A DNA stretch of 64,000 bases from Diplonema japonicum (taxonomy: Eukaryota; Protista; Euglenozoa: Diplonemea), in the NCBI GenBank assembly GCA_964019335.1, contig OZ025718.1, forward strand, positions 124,001 to 188,000. Direction: 5' to 3'. This document shows positions 47,712-59,600 of this stretch, in pieces. The notes under the pieces were generated by a model. It worked only from the letters and a program-made list of their open reading frames with translations. It did no database searches and had not been told where the DNA came from. The position numbers and the translations under genes are program-made. How positions within the stretch are numbered: position 1 is the first letter of the stretch; every line of letters starts with the position of its first letter.

Positions 47712-49394
47712 CTACGCAGGAACAGCGTTCAATTGATGCGCACCGTCTGACGGCCGATAGGTTAAAAATGAACCTTTTAATTTTTTTTATTTCTTTTTAA
47801 AAAAAAATAACACACCTGTTCTACTAAAGCACCCAGGGTTCACAAACAAGCAGTCCTTGTAAGACGACGCCCACGGTTTCTCTCTGTCTATGAGAATGAC
47901 GATGTTCGGCAGTGGATAGAGTTGCATGGCGGCGTTGAAGGCAGGGGAAATGGGGGCGAATCTAGGGGGGAGAGGGAGGAGGTGCGCCTGGTCCGCGAGG
48001 GTCTTAATCAACGTCACGTCAGAGGGTTCCTGCAAAGGAGGCAGCAGACAGTGGTTCATGAGCTTCCCGTACACATCCTCCCTGAACAGGACCATCTCCT
48101 TGGTGAGGAAGCGCATCCTCGCAGGGTTCGATGCAAGCTCAGTGTTGGGAAGCTTCTTCCTAACACCGTTGAACATTACATCAGGAAACGGATGCACGGG
48201 GTAAGAACCCGCCCCGATGCCCGGATCATTCGGCCCAGGGACGAACACAAACTGAGCGTTCTTTGCAACGTCGGGAGCAGCACCAGCTACACAATCTGCA
48301 ATTTGTTCAACTGTTCTGACAAACCGCTGGCGTTCACGCATTAATGGCTCGGATGACAACGTGTCACCGTACATAAAAGGAGTTGAGAGGAAATTCCCGG
48401 CTAACACAATAGTCAAGTGGGTGGAGGGGAATGAAGCTGGGTCTGACGCAACACCCTTCAGCAAACTTGTCAACCGTAAAAGCGTACCAGGTTTTTCAGG
48501 TTGGACGCCCGACAAGATAAGCACAACATGGCTAGAGGCACGTTCTCGTTCTAGTAAAGCCGCCATTTGATTTTGCGGCGGTGCTAACCCGAAAAAATCG
48601 ATAAACGTGGCCAACGAACCAATGGTGCTGAGACGTGGTTCTGCGGGAGGCGATCCCATACCGTCGCACTTGAAAACATCCCCGACCCATTTCCCGATGG
48701 CGACCACCATTGCACCATCGTGAAAAATTCCCGGGGTGTACGATTCTTCATTTCCTGCTATGTCGAATTCCAGGCTTACCCTCACGCTTGTTGTATCATC
48801 TTCAAGGAGCAAACCGTCTTCTTCTTTGACAAGCCTTGCTAGTACAGTCATAACGAGGGATGATGGTGTTCCTTCAAGGGAGGCGAGTTTGTATAGAGGT
48901 GGGTGTTCATCACCTGTTTCGTCAATTTTTATGGCGGTTGATTTGTCTTTGTAGATAGAATGGTGGGTTCGTTTGAAGGCCACGGACCTTAGGAGTCGTT
49001 GCCTGAGCATGTAGAATCTGTTGGTTATGATGCCGACTTTTTCGCTTGGGGGTGCCACGAGGTGCTTTTCTCCTGTTTCGGCAGTGAAGCCTTGTATTCT
49101 GTCGGACCATTTTATGGTGGGCATCTCCGAGAGTTTGAGGATTTGTAGTACATCGTGGCCTTCTCCGCCTTTCCCCGCGGAGGCGCGGTCCACGGCTGCC
49201 TTGGCCATGTCGCCGGTTACCTTGCTGCCGCCTTCTCCTTCGGCGATTAGCTCTAGCAGTGTTCCTAGGGTGTCTTCTTCGCCCTCGCATGTTTTGAGGT
49301 AGTCTTCTGTTATCTGCAGTGCCTTTGCGTCTAAAATGCACCCCCTGAGCTGTGCTTTTCGTAGGATCAAACGTTTTCTTGCTTTGCTTTCCAT
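47712..49394 (-). CDS. POLE2: DNA polymerase epsilon subunit B; 1 intron near the 3' end
   Basis: RFYMLRQRLLR, LEDD, GSPPAE, DFFG, FVFVPGPND, SNPAR, LFRED, QAHLLPLP, LYPLP, NPGCF. Confidence 0.9.
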
Positions 49395-49772
49395 TTTTTT
49401 TTTTTTTTTGTTTCCCCCCCCTTTTTTTTTTCCTGTGATATATAAATAAGAAACCGGGGGGAAAGAGAGAGGGATAAAAAAAAAAAAAAAAAACCACGAG
49501 AAAAAAAAAAAAAAAGCTATTTTTTTTTTTTTTTGGTTTTTTTTTCTTTTTTTTTTTTTTTTTTTTTCTTCCTTCGAATGCTCACATTCAAAAAATAATA
49601 ATAAAAAGAATTGGAGAAAAAAAAAAGTTTTTTTTTTTTAGAAAGAAAAAAGTAAGGGATAAAAAAAAAATCAAAAAAAAAGAGAAAAAAAAAAAAAAAA
49701 AAAACATAAAGAAAGAGAGGAACGATATAATGTACTTTTTTTCTTTTTTTCTTTTTTTTTTTCACTCCTTAG

Positions 49773-50297
49773 TCAATCGCCCGCAGGGGATAATCGAAGT
49801 CGGTGGCAGGTTAGATCACGGGGGTTGAAGTAGCAGAAGAGACGCGCAGAAAGAAGCTCTGGTTGCGAAGCGACGAGAGAGTCTATGTAGCCTTCGCAAG
49901 ATATCCGTGACAAAGATTCACGATCAGTTGGATAGAATGCAATAGAGATGTGGCTAGGCTTTGCAGTGTAAAGCTCTAGTGCAGCAGGAATTGTTCCAAA
50001 ACATCCATCGATGGGGTGAAGCACTATATCACTGGTAAATGCATCACAGGTCACCACAAAGACGGTGGTCCCCTTCAACAATTCAAGAGATTCGATAACT
50101 GGGCGCACCCAGTCCTGGGTCTCAATATCAAGGTCATCATCAAACCATACCCCAGCCACCCTCTTCTTAGAAAATTTATTTATGTAATACCGCTTGGCCC
50201 AATTTCCCCCAGTCATCCATAGTGCGCCTCCAGCAGCGGCGGCAAGACCCGCTGCCCATTTCAGTGTCGCACCGTCAGAGGCATAATCTTTTGGCAT
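49773..50297 (-). CDS. Hypothetical protein with N-terminal hydrophobic anchor
   Basis: 174-aa ORF containing WAAGLAAAAGGALW. Confidence 0.6.
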   Translation of the reverse strand: MPKDYASDGATLKWAAGLAAAAGGALWMTGGNWAKRYYINKFSKKRVAGVWFDDDLDIETQDWVRPVIESLELLKGTTVFVVTCDAFTSDIVLHPIDGCFGTIPAALELYTAKPSHISIAFYPTDRESLSRISCEGYIDSLVASQPELLSARLFCYFNPRDLTCHRLRLSPAGD

Positions 50298-50579
50298 AAA
50301 CTCCCCCCAAAGCGTTATGTGTCCATCTATGGTGTGTTAAGGGTTGGGAAATCATAGAAAAAATAAAGAGAAGAAAAAAGAAAACATATAAATATAAAGG
50401 GGAGAGAAGACAAACAGGTGGGTTTAACAAAAAGAAACAAGGTGGAACAACATAAATGGAGAAGAAGAAGAACGGACGACAAGAACAATTTGTCATACAC
50501 TTTGAAGAAAAGAAAAAAAAAAAGGAGAGAGGGAGGGAGGGGGTAGAAACCTGGAGAAAAAAAAGTTTTTATAAAACCC

Positions 50580-50618
<39 letters not shown>

Positions 50619-50812
50619 GTTCCCTCGCCCCTCCGCCTCCTTCCCTGTTGTTTGGACAAAAAGAAGAAAAATCAAAGAAAATGATGTTTCTTTCAATTCT
50701 TTTTTTTTTTTTTGTACAACATGAGTATAAAAAAAAGAGGGGGGGGAGGAGCTAATACAATTTCTTTTTTTTCTCTTTTTCTTCGTTCTGTATTTAAAAA
50801 AAAAAAAAAATT

Positions 50813-50919
50813 CTAGTTATAATGCCCGCGTACAATGAGGAAAACGGTGTCCCCCGGCGCCACGCCACCGTCCCGTAAACGTTCGAAACTGACGAGCTCC
50901 CTATTATTAGTAATTTTTT

Positions 50920-50965
<46 letters not shown>

Positions 50966-52412
50966 CAAACCTTCCATTTCCAACTAACCTCTGCTGCACA
51001 ACAGGAATCCCAGTAACCTCCTCAATCCTCTTCATGACATCTGACACAGCATCTTCCTCTTTAGCTTGAATGGTGTAAGTTTCGTTGAAGGCTGTTGTGA
51101 TGTAAAGGGGCCCGATAATATTCCTCGTCGCAGCCTTACCGACAGGAAGCTGTCTAATCAACAGTGTTACAGTGTGTGCCTTGTGCCTTTGAGGGTGACC
51201 GATTCTGACCCCATAGTCGTTGAGGTTCTGCTTGGGGGACATTTCCCATCCTTGAGCGACGAGCCGTTGCTGCCCGACTGGTATTCCCTCGAGCTCTTCT
51301 ATCCTCTGCATGATGGATGCTACCGGTTCATCTGGAGATGTTTCCAAGAGACAGAATGTTCTACCCGATGGTGCTTTAACGTGCAGGGTCGATTTTGCAA
51401 CACGCTCTTCCTCCTCCCTTCGTTTGCGTTCTTCTTCCGCGCGTTTTGCCCGTTCTTCTTGTTCAAGCCTTGCCAATTCATCTAAACTAAGGCTTTCAAC
51501 AGGAGGAGGTGGCGGGGGCGGGCGTTCAGGCAGCTCTCTTATCAAATTAGGATTGAGCACCATACACATATCATGAAAATCGAAAACGTTCAGCAAATCG
51601 CTGGGCTCCTTCGGAGGATAAATTGCACGCAGGGCAGCGTGCCATTTTCTTTCAAACGCACCGCCTGTCGTGTCTCTTCCCTTCGGACCGATCCCTACCA
51701 ATGCGAGCATTCTCGGTACCTCATGGCCGGATACTGAGCCGGAACGGTCGACATCAAAGGCGTAGAATGCTTTTTGAACCACGCCGAGCTCGGTGTGGTG
51801 GTCCATTGAAGTGATCACTGCGGTTTCACCGCGTGGGGACTGTGGGGAGCCTGCTCGGGCGATTGCGACCATCTCGTCTTCTTCTTGCTGGTGGCGGTCG
51901 GCAATGGCGTCTTTCAGTTGCATCTTCGGCCTCAAGCTGTGCACCAGGATTTCGCATATTTGGTTGAATTCGTTGAACGTCACAAGGTTTCCCCCTTGCA
52001 CGCCGACTCGGTCGCACGCGTCTTGAATCTCCGCCTCTCGTAGGTTGCGTGCTGTCTCTAGCTGTACTGCGTTACGTACATCATCGCATCCCTGTTATTT
52101 TTTTTTTCTTTTTTTGTAGTTTTTTTTTTTTTTTTTTTTTGTACCATCAAGGCCATCGGCAGCTCGAAGGCGTTTATCGTGCCGTCGTGCGCTACGTCGA
52201 ACACGTCGAAGGCGGCCCTCCTGTTCATCAGCACCGGGTCCCATCCTTGCGGCGGCATCCCCATCCTCGCCCCGCTCATCGGCATCCCGATGGGGAGGTC
52301 CATTGTTGTCCCCCTCGTCCTTTGTAAAAAAACGTCCGTTTTGAAAAAAAAAAAAAAAAATGGGGATGTTTTAAGCGGACACCCACGTCTGCGAAGAAGA
52401 CGCCGCACTCAT
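50813..52412 (-). CDS. EF-hand plus tandem ubiquitin-like domain protein; 3 introns
   Basis: FDVAHDGTINAFE and FDVDRSGSVSGHE EF-hands; IEELEGIPVGQQRL and IEEVTGIPVVQQRL Ubl motifs. Confidence 0.82.
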
Positions 52413-52609
52413 GACGTGCTGTTCTTGTTATGGTGTTTCCCGCAGGGCAATGGCCTACTCTCGGGAATAAGCGAAAAGAGCACTTCTCTCTGTGCTCGCG
52501 AGTGAAGAACTATCTGGGGTTTGTCAGGGACGGGAAAGAAAACCGTCGAGCGCAAGTGCAATTCCAATTGAAAGAACGAAGGAAGAGAGAGAGAAAAAAA
52601 AAAGAATAG

Positions 52610-53944
52610 CTAGTTGTTAGAAGTGTTATTAAACTCGGGAAGGCCCTCCCACAATTTCAATGCCTCTGCCAGGCTTTTTTTCCCGTTCAACTGGACATCA
52701 GCGGCAGGGCCGGTTTGCCTAGACCACTGGGCGAGCTTTTTGTTGCCGAAGTTCGTCGATTTCGTGAACGCTTTCCGCAGCGAGATTCTAAAGGTAGCGG
52801 AGCCGGCAGGTATGGACAAGGGGACCTCTCCTCCGCCCATGGGGGCGTAGAACTTAGTAAGGGTAGGGGGAGAAGAAACATAAGTGAGGTGGTACCAGTA
52901 GGTCCCGTAAGGAACAAGGCGCCGAAATACCTCTTGCCAAGGAAGTGACAGGGTGATGTTAACAGGAAGGTTTGAGAAGAACAGCTCAGTATCGTTGCGA
53001 AGTACCACGACAAGCCGGGGGTTGCTGTGGCAAGCCATGGGCCCGTTGGGCCACACTGGCCGGATGAAGTGGCCTAACCACTTGATTTCCTTCCCACAGG
53101 TCGCACTCATGAAGTAAACCCCACCCCTCCCGAGGATCGTTGCCGCGATCAGCTTTGCCATGAGATGTTTTCCATAAGGTGTTGGATGACATGCATTATC
53201 GTCAAGAAGCTCTTCCCACGAACCTGACCCCCCCTGCCTCCATGCGTTCAACAAGGCCCAATGAGTGTCAGCAACACGGGCAGTGTATAGGTACGCGAGC
53301 TCTGCGATGGCGGTGTTCGCATTCAGCATCCACTCCGTGCTGTACTCCTTGAACATGGTGCATGGCATGATCGTGAGCATTGTGATCTGGAAGTTCTCGT
53401 AACCTCTCGCCTCCCGCAGCGACCCCACCAACCTCCTCATCACGTGGATGAACTCCGCCACGGTGACTTGCTTATGGTAGTCGTTCACCCCAAGCTGGAT
53501 CACCGCACCAGAGCAGTTCACCGACCTCTCCACAGCCTCCTCCACCATTCCTGTCTTCATCCAATCCGTGGCGCCTTGGCCGGGGCGGAGCATCACCCGG
53601 ATCTCGCCGTTGTGTCCTGCAGCTTCAAGCATGGACTTCGTGTGCTCAGGGTACCCCACGCGACTCTGCCCTGACGGCAGGCCTATGCTGTCCCCTATAA
53701 ATAGTAAACACCTGTAGGATTTTGGCAACGCACTGTCCTGCACCAGCACCCTTCCTGTTGGCTGCGCCGTTGCAATCTTCACACCTGCTGCTTCGTTCAC
53801 GGCGGTGTATGTGCAAGGCTTGGGGGGCGGGGGTTCCAAAGGCATCGGCGGTGTTCGCACCTCACACCACGTCTCCACTTGCCATCCTAAATAGATCATG
53901 GCTGCCAGGGCCACTGCCGCTAGGCATGTGTAACTGAACATCAT
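52610..53944 (-). CDS. SGNH/GDSL-type hydrolase, type II membrane-anchored
   Basis: FIGDSI, QLGVND, DNACHPTPYG; N-terminal TM segment. Confidence 0.82.
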   Translation of the reverse strand: MMFSYTCLAAVALAAMIYLGWQVETWCEVRTPPMPLEPPPPKPCTYTAVNEAAGVKIATAQPTGRVLVQDSALPKSYRCLLFIGDSIGLPSGQSRVGYPEHTKSMLEAAGHNGEIRVMLRPGQGATDWMKTGMVEEAVERSVNCSGAVIQLGVNDYHKQVTVAEFIHVMRRLVGSLREARGYENFQITMLTIMPCTMFKEYSTEWMLNANTAIAELAYLYTARVADTHWALLNAWRQGGSGSWEELLDDNACHPTPYGKHLMAKLIAATILGRGGVYFMSATCGKEIKWLGHFIRPVWPNGPMACHSNPRLVVVLRNDTELFFSNLPVNITLSLPWQEVFRRLVPYGTYWYHLTYVSSPPTLTKFYAPMGGGEVPLSIPAGSATFRISLRKAFTKSTNFGNKKLAQWSRQTGPAADVQLNGKKSLAEALKLWEGLPEFNNTSNN

Positions 53945-53980
53945 TGTGTACCCCCTCACCCCCCTCCTGTGTGTCTGGTG

Positions 53981-55093
53981 TCAACAGTTCACACGCTTAG
54001 ACGCGAGGTACTGAATAACAGGCAACGGCTGAACGGGCACCTTTCGCGAGACAAGCGAGTCGTGTGATGGAGGTTGCGCCCGTCCGTCGCTGTCGTCGCC
54101 CCATGCGATGAGCGAGCTGTTTTGTTTTTTTTTTTTCTCGTTTTTTTTTTCCCCTTGAAATCGAACATACCCGTCGGCAAGGGCGGCAATGGAGAACATG
54201 TTCCCTGCGGCGACAGCGACGGCGGAGGGGCGGGAGAATTCCTTGCCCGACCCACCGATGCTGCTAAAACCTTCGAGGCCGAGGTCTGGGAGCCACGACC
54301 AGATGGCGGGGGGGATGTTTTCCGTTGTCTCGGGGCTGCCCTTCCCCCAGGATATGATAACACCGGAGGCGGAGAGAGCGAGAGAGGAAACAATGCTAGC
54401 TGAGATGGAGACGATGTTGCGGGAAAAAGTAAGCGGAGACGAATTGCACTGACCATCCTCGTTGCTGCCCCAACAAAGGATGGTACCGTTGGAGAAAAGA
54501 ACGATCGAGTGAAATGCGCCTGCGGACACTGCAACAGCCTTGAGCCGGGTGTCAAACGGGGGTGGGGTGGCTTGGTCATACACCCGGGTACCAAAAAGGT
54601 CAGTATTTGAACCCCATCCCACCACACTTCCTGAATCAAGTACTGCAAGGCCGTGTGCGAAGCCAGCTGAGACACCGAGAGCTCTTCGGCCAGGTTCACC
54701 TCCCATCTGAGGGGGCGAACATTGCCCGCTTGCCGATTCGCCCCATGCTACCACCTCACCACCATCCAAAATCGCTACGGAAAACCCACACCCAGCAGCC
54801 ACTGAAACTGCTTTTTTTCCGTTTAAAAAAATTGGATCTTTCGGAGCTTCGCCTTTCTCAGTGCCGCCCCACCCTACTACTGACCCGTCCTTCAATATTA
54901 CAATGACATGGTTGAACCCGCATGCAACTGAGTCGGCCAATCGCGTTCTGACGCACTCCGGTACTTTATCTGCACCATGACCCCAATGCGAGACCAGGCC
55001 GTTGCTAAGTACTGCGCAACCCAGGTGGTTGCCTACGCCTATCCGTTTTCGTGCGTGCCATTTGGCATGTGCTATCTCCTTTTCAGACAGCAT
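53981..55093 (-). CDS. RCC1/BLIP-II-like repeat protein; in-frame intron about 54118-54171
   Basis: Repeated VAAG..H/S...DGSVVGWG...GQC units. Confidence 0.85.
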   Translation of the reverse strand: MLSEKEIAHAKWHARKRIGVGNHLGCAVLSNGLVSHWGHGADKVPECVRTRLADSVACGFNHVIVILKDGSVVGWGGTEKGEAPKDPIFLNGKKAVSVAAGCGFSVAILDGGEVVAWGESASGQCSPPQMGGEPGRRALGVSAGFAHGLAVLDSGSVVGWGSNTDLFGTRVYDQATPPPFDTRLKAVAVSAGAFHSIVLFSNGTILCWGSNEDGQCNSSPLTFSRNIVSISASIVSSLALSASGVIISWGKGSPETTENIPPAIWSWLPDLGLEGFSSIGGSGKEFSRPSAVAVAAGNMFSIAALADGYVRFQGEKKNEKKKKQNSSLIAWGDDSDGRAQPPSHDSLVSRKVPVQPLPVIQYLASKRVNC

Positions 55094-56603
55094 CCTGTTT
55101 ATATAAGGAATTCTTTTTTTTAAATTAAAAAAAAAAAAGAGATTTAAAAAAAAAATGTATAAGAATTTTCTTTTTTCTTCTGGGGTTAAAAAAGAAAAAG
55201 GAATTTTACTTCCCCATCCCGTTCTCCCCACCTTTTTTTTTTAAACTTGTCGAAAAGCGGAGAAAAAGAAAAAGAAGAGGGGGGGGGGGGGGGGGGGGAG
55301 AGGAGGGAGTAGGCAGGCAGGGGAAGAAGAAGAAGAAGAAGAAGAAAAGAAATCACACACAAAATACCAAAATTGAACAAACCGGAAGGAAAACAAGAAA
55401 AAGAAGAAGAAAAAAAAACAAGAAAACGAAGAGGTGGCTGCTTTTATCTTTCTCCCCTCACATCCTCCTCCCCGTTCTCCCCCCCTCCCCTTTCTCTTTG
55501 AGACAAAACTACGCCTTAAAAGCTTATGAAATGTTTCTGCAAACGTGTTTCCAGCCTTTTTCTTAGGAGGGAGGAAGGGGGCTCTCTCTCTCACTCTCGA
55601 AGAGAAATGAAAACCGTGAAAAGAAAAAAAAAGAACCCCCCCCGGAACGAAAGAAAAAAATAAAATAAGGAGGAGGATGCCCATCTGTACTTCCTTTTTC
55701 CTCTTTTTTGAAAACTTGATTTTTCCTTTTCCTTTTTTTTTTTGCTAGGATGCTCAAGCACTGGCGAAAAAGCACGACGGCAGTTTTAAAAAAAAAAAGA
55801 AAAAGGATTGGCGAAGCTGTAACTTGTACCAAGAGCTGACTTAAAGTGTCGCTCATCAGATCCCACATAGGGTGTCGGAACATCTAGACAGCAGGACGGT
55901 GGCCAGGGAAGTCGGCACCCGATAAGCAATATCTCTTTACAACGAAAAAAGAGGTAATAATAGTCCGAACATAACGAGCCAGGCAGAGTGGGGGGGGGGG
56001 GGGGGGGGGAATGTTCAGTTTTATTTTTGTTTATACTTCTGTTGTTCATTTTTTCTTTCTTTCCCAACTACGCAAAGAGGGGTAGAGTGTTGATGTTGTT
56101 ATTGTTGGTTTTTTATTATTTTTTTTATTTTCCCTCTTCCATTCTTCTTCTTTTTTTTTGAAGACACGCAAAGTCACAAGGGAGGAAGAAGGAGCAACCA
56201 ACTTGGATAAGAACCAATTTTCAATGCAATTACTTTTTTTTTTCTCCCCTCCCTTTGTTCTCGCCCCCCCCCCTTTTTTTTCTTCTTCAAACCTCCCCCT
56301 GCTGCCCTCAACTCACATTTCTTCATTGTGCTAGAGGGGAAACAAAACAAAAAAAAAGGCCACTTACGCATTTTTTTTTTCTTTTTTCCCACCGCCTGTT
56401 GAGAGGGGAAGGGGTAGAGGGAGACTGCATTTGGCCAATCCGTTAGTCCGAATAAAAAAGGCATAGAAGGGGGGGGGGGGGGTTGAACGGAAAGAAGAAA
56501 GGGGAAGTGAAAAATTACGCAGGATAAAAAAATGGCTGACAAAACAAAACCAGGGAAAAAACCGAAAAATAAGATAAAAAAAGACCCCTCCCCCCCCCCC
56601 CCC

Positions 56604-59600
56604 CTATAAAACAGTTACAGAGAGAGAAGACTCGTCCACCAAGGGAGTGATGAGCTCAGATGGCCACATGTCAGACCCGCCAGACCGGGTACGAGGGGCC
56701 CTTCGCGGTGAGAGATGCCCGCGTGCTGTAGATGCTTGAGAGAGAATATGCCCAAATGGCGTCATCTGAGAGATTTTTTTTTTTTTAAATTTCCATACCG
56801 GCCGAGGGAAAGGTGCGCGCATCCTCTCCGGTCCATAAATGTACATTTGAGTGTACCAAATCAGGTCCTTCGGCAGCTTCTTCTCAGCATCGTCGCTCAA
56901 CCTCTTTTGGAACAAAAGAAAGAGCCTTGCCTCGCCCCCGCGTATCTCAGTATGCGGAACTAACGCCCGCAGCAGTTGTATTTCCGATCCGGGGTTCGCG
57001 GCCAACATGCCTTCAAGTGCGTTCTCCTCTGTCTCAGTGGCATGCAGCGCATACATGTCCCACAGGGTGACTGTCTTACGGTACACCTCAAGCTTCTCAA
57101 AGTGCACGACGTCCAACCGCATGCAAATACCACCGATTAATGGGAGCGTTAGCAACAACCACGGCCACATGATGGGTGCTGCGGGGTCTGGGCATTCAAC
57201 AGGTTTTCCCACAGCCTCGTGGGCTACCTGTGTGCACACGCATAAGAAGTCGTTTGGAGACCATGATTCGGGGTGCGGGTCGAAGCATAGCTGATCCATG
57301 GCCTCTTCTTTTTTTCCTGACGACGGCTGCTTCAGTTCGTCGCCTTTGTAAGCGTAGCAAGGTGTGATCTCGCATTCGTCGTGACCAGCGCCGATGCGGC
57401 GCACGGAAAAGGACCTCACGCCTGGAATGATTTGGTCCACACCTTCGTCGAGATATTTGCTCTTCCCCACTTGAAGGTATGATGTGTTCCCGCCGTACTC
57501 CTGGTTGCCCCATGTCACGACCGTTCCGTTAAGAACAGCCGTGAAGGCATCCCTTGAAGGGCGTACCATGTCCACCAGCGTGAGGTTCAGCGGGGCGTCC
57601 TGTCCGTAGTCCAGCTCGTCGAAGAAGTTGTCGTCCTGCAGGACAGACATCGTGTACAAGGTGGTCCCCACGTCGCGGACCCACCCGATGCCGGCCCCGC
57701 TACGCCCTATCGGGTAGGAACACTCATCATGGAAATACACCCTACACTTCTTCGCTTCTGAAAACGAGAAAGACGTGCAGTTGCTTGGTGACTTAATCTG
57801 CCAGCAGACATCACCACACAGCTGCACAGTGTCTGCGTCCGCTTCGAACGACAGGGTGTCGTCTGGGTTCATCTTTTCAATATCAGGGCATCCTGCATTG
57901 GGTACTGGGTGGTACCACAAGTCCCCCCTTGCAAGCAACGGTCTCAGATAGATATCCTCGGGAACCGATAGCGCGGGGCCTATGTGGAAAGGGCCGTACA
58001 AAGTCTCGCGTGAGGAGGGGATGAAATAGTTGTAGGCCTCCATGGAGTGGATGAGGATTGTTGTGTTGGCGCTGGTTTTGAATTTCTCCAGCTTCCAACG
58101 TGTGACGTCGTACTTGGGGTCGTCCTGTGAGGTGACGAGGGCGTAGGCGGTCGGCCCTATGTCTTTGACAGCTTCCCATGGAACCTTCCATCCGTCGGGA
58201 GTGACCGTTAAGGTCTTCCCATTCACACGTATTGCGCCCCCCGTGTCGTTGTAGAACACGATGCTCCCCATTGAAAACCCATACGCGGGTACTTCCTGCA
58301 CCGGTTTTGTCGAGTAGCAGAGTGTATCGTTGCCTCCCTGTGCCGAAGTAGCTCCGTTGGCTTCCTGCACGAACAATTTGCAGCGCAAGGTGGCCGTTGT
58401 TTGGTACGATTTGCATGCAAGGTTACTGCGGCATGCCTCCTCGCACACTGAAGCGGCGACAGGTCCGATCTCAAGCAGAACCGCAGGTTCCGTCCCATTG
58501 ACAGTGCATTTCCCCTTTCCAACCATATAGTACTCCGTGGCGGGGTTCACCGGCACCCTCAACACGTTGTCCTTAATATGGTACAGCTCGTAGGTGTCGG
58601 TGTCCCAGTTCATCCAATGCCAGCCGGGAGATGAGATGTTGGAACATTCATTATCAAACCAAGGGGCGCAGTAGGCACCGCTTGTGGGATACTCGAAGCC
58701 TGTACATCCCGGGGTGTCCAAGCACTTCTGTGCGCACTCCAATGCCGTGCCTATGCTCCTGTACCTCGTCCACAAACCCTCGTTTTGGGGTGTCCAATAG
58801 CACGCTACCTTGCCAAGGGAAACAAACTCGCCCAGAGCATCAGGTTTGAACTTCCAACTTTCCAGTTTCATCTCGGAGCTCACAACGGTGGCTGCGCCGG
58901 TGGTGGTTCTGATATCCAGGATTTTACCCATTTGAATTGGAGGGAGGCTTGGCATGCCGATTGTCCAAAACAGTCCCTGCCCGCCGGTGCCCCACACCGT
59001 TTCAATCTCCCAGTTCTTTTTCACAACGAGGAAGGCATCCTCTGCTGCGAATACGCTGTTCATGTCTGGACTTATGGCGCTGACGCCTGGAATCGAGACG
59101 GCATCCCGTGGATGCGGCCACACGGCAACCCTATCGCTGACTGCCATGAACGATTTTGACGTAGCAAAGATACCAGACACCTTGTCTGCGACGATGTTGG
59201 CCACGCTGTTGGGGTCGGAGGTGCACAGGAGTGAAATCTCGTTCACCCTGACATACGAGGTGTACGTGACGTTGTGCTGGTATATGACCTCGATGGTCGG
59301 GGTGGTGGTGGGGGTGGGAGTGGGGCCTGGCTCTAGGGTCGATGTATTAGATAATGTCGGCGTGCTATAAGGAGTTACAGTCACAGAGAAAGTTGCAGAA
59401 GGAGAGAGAGTCAGGGTAGGGGTGGGAGGGAGCGTAAGGGTCACAGACGCAGTGCTTGTTGGAGATGCTGTCATCGTCCGCGAAGGCTTTGGACTGGCAG
59501 TGAGCGATATGGTGGGCGTGATGGTTTCCGAGACTGTAAGCGAGACTGTCGGCGTAAACATCTCCTCCGTCTCGTAGAACCTGCACGTCCCGCTCGGAAC

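Noticed and set aside
55825-55870. Minus-strand CTGATGAG followed by a hairpin, hammerhead-like
   Set aside because: Required GAAA core after stem II is absent
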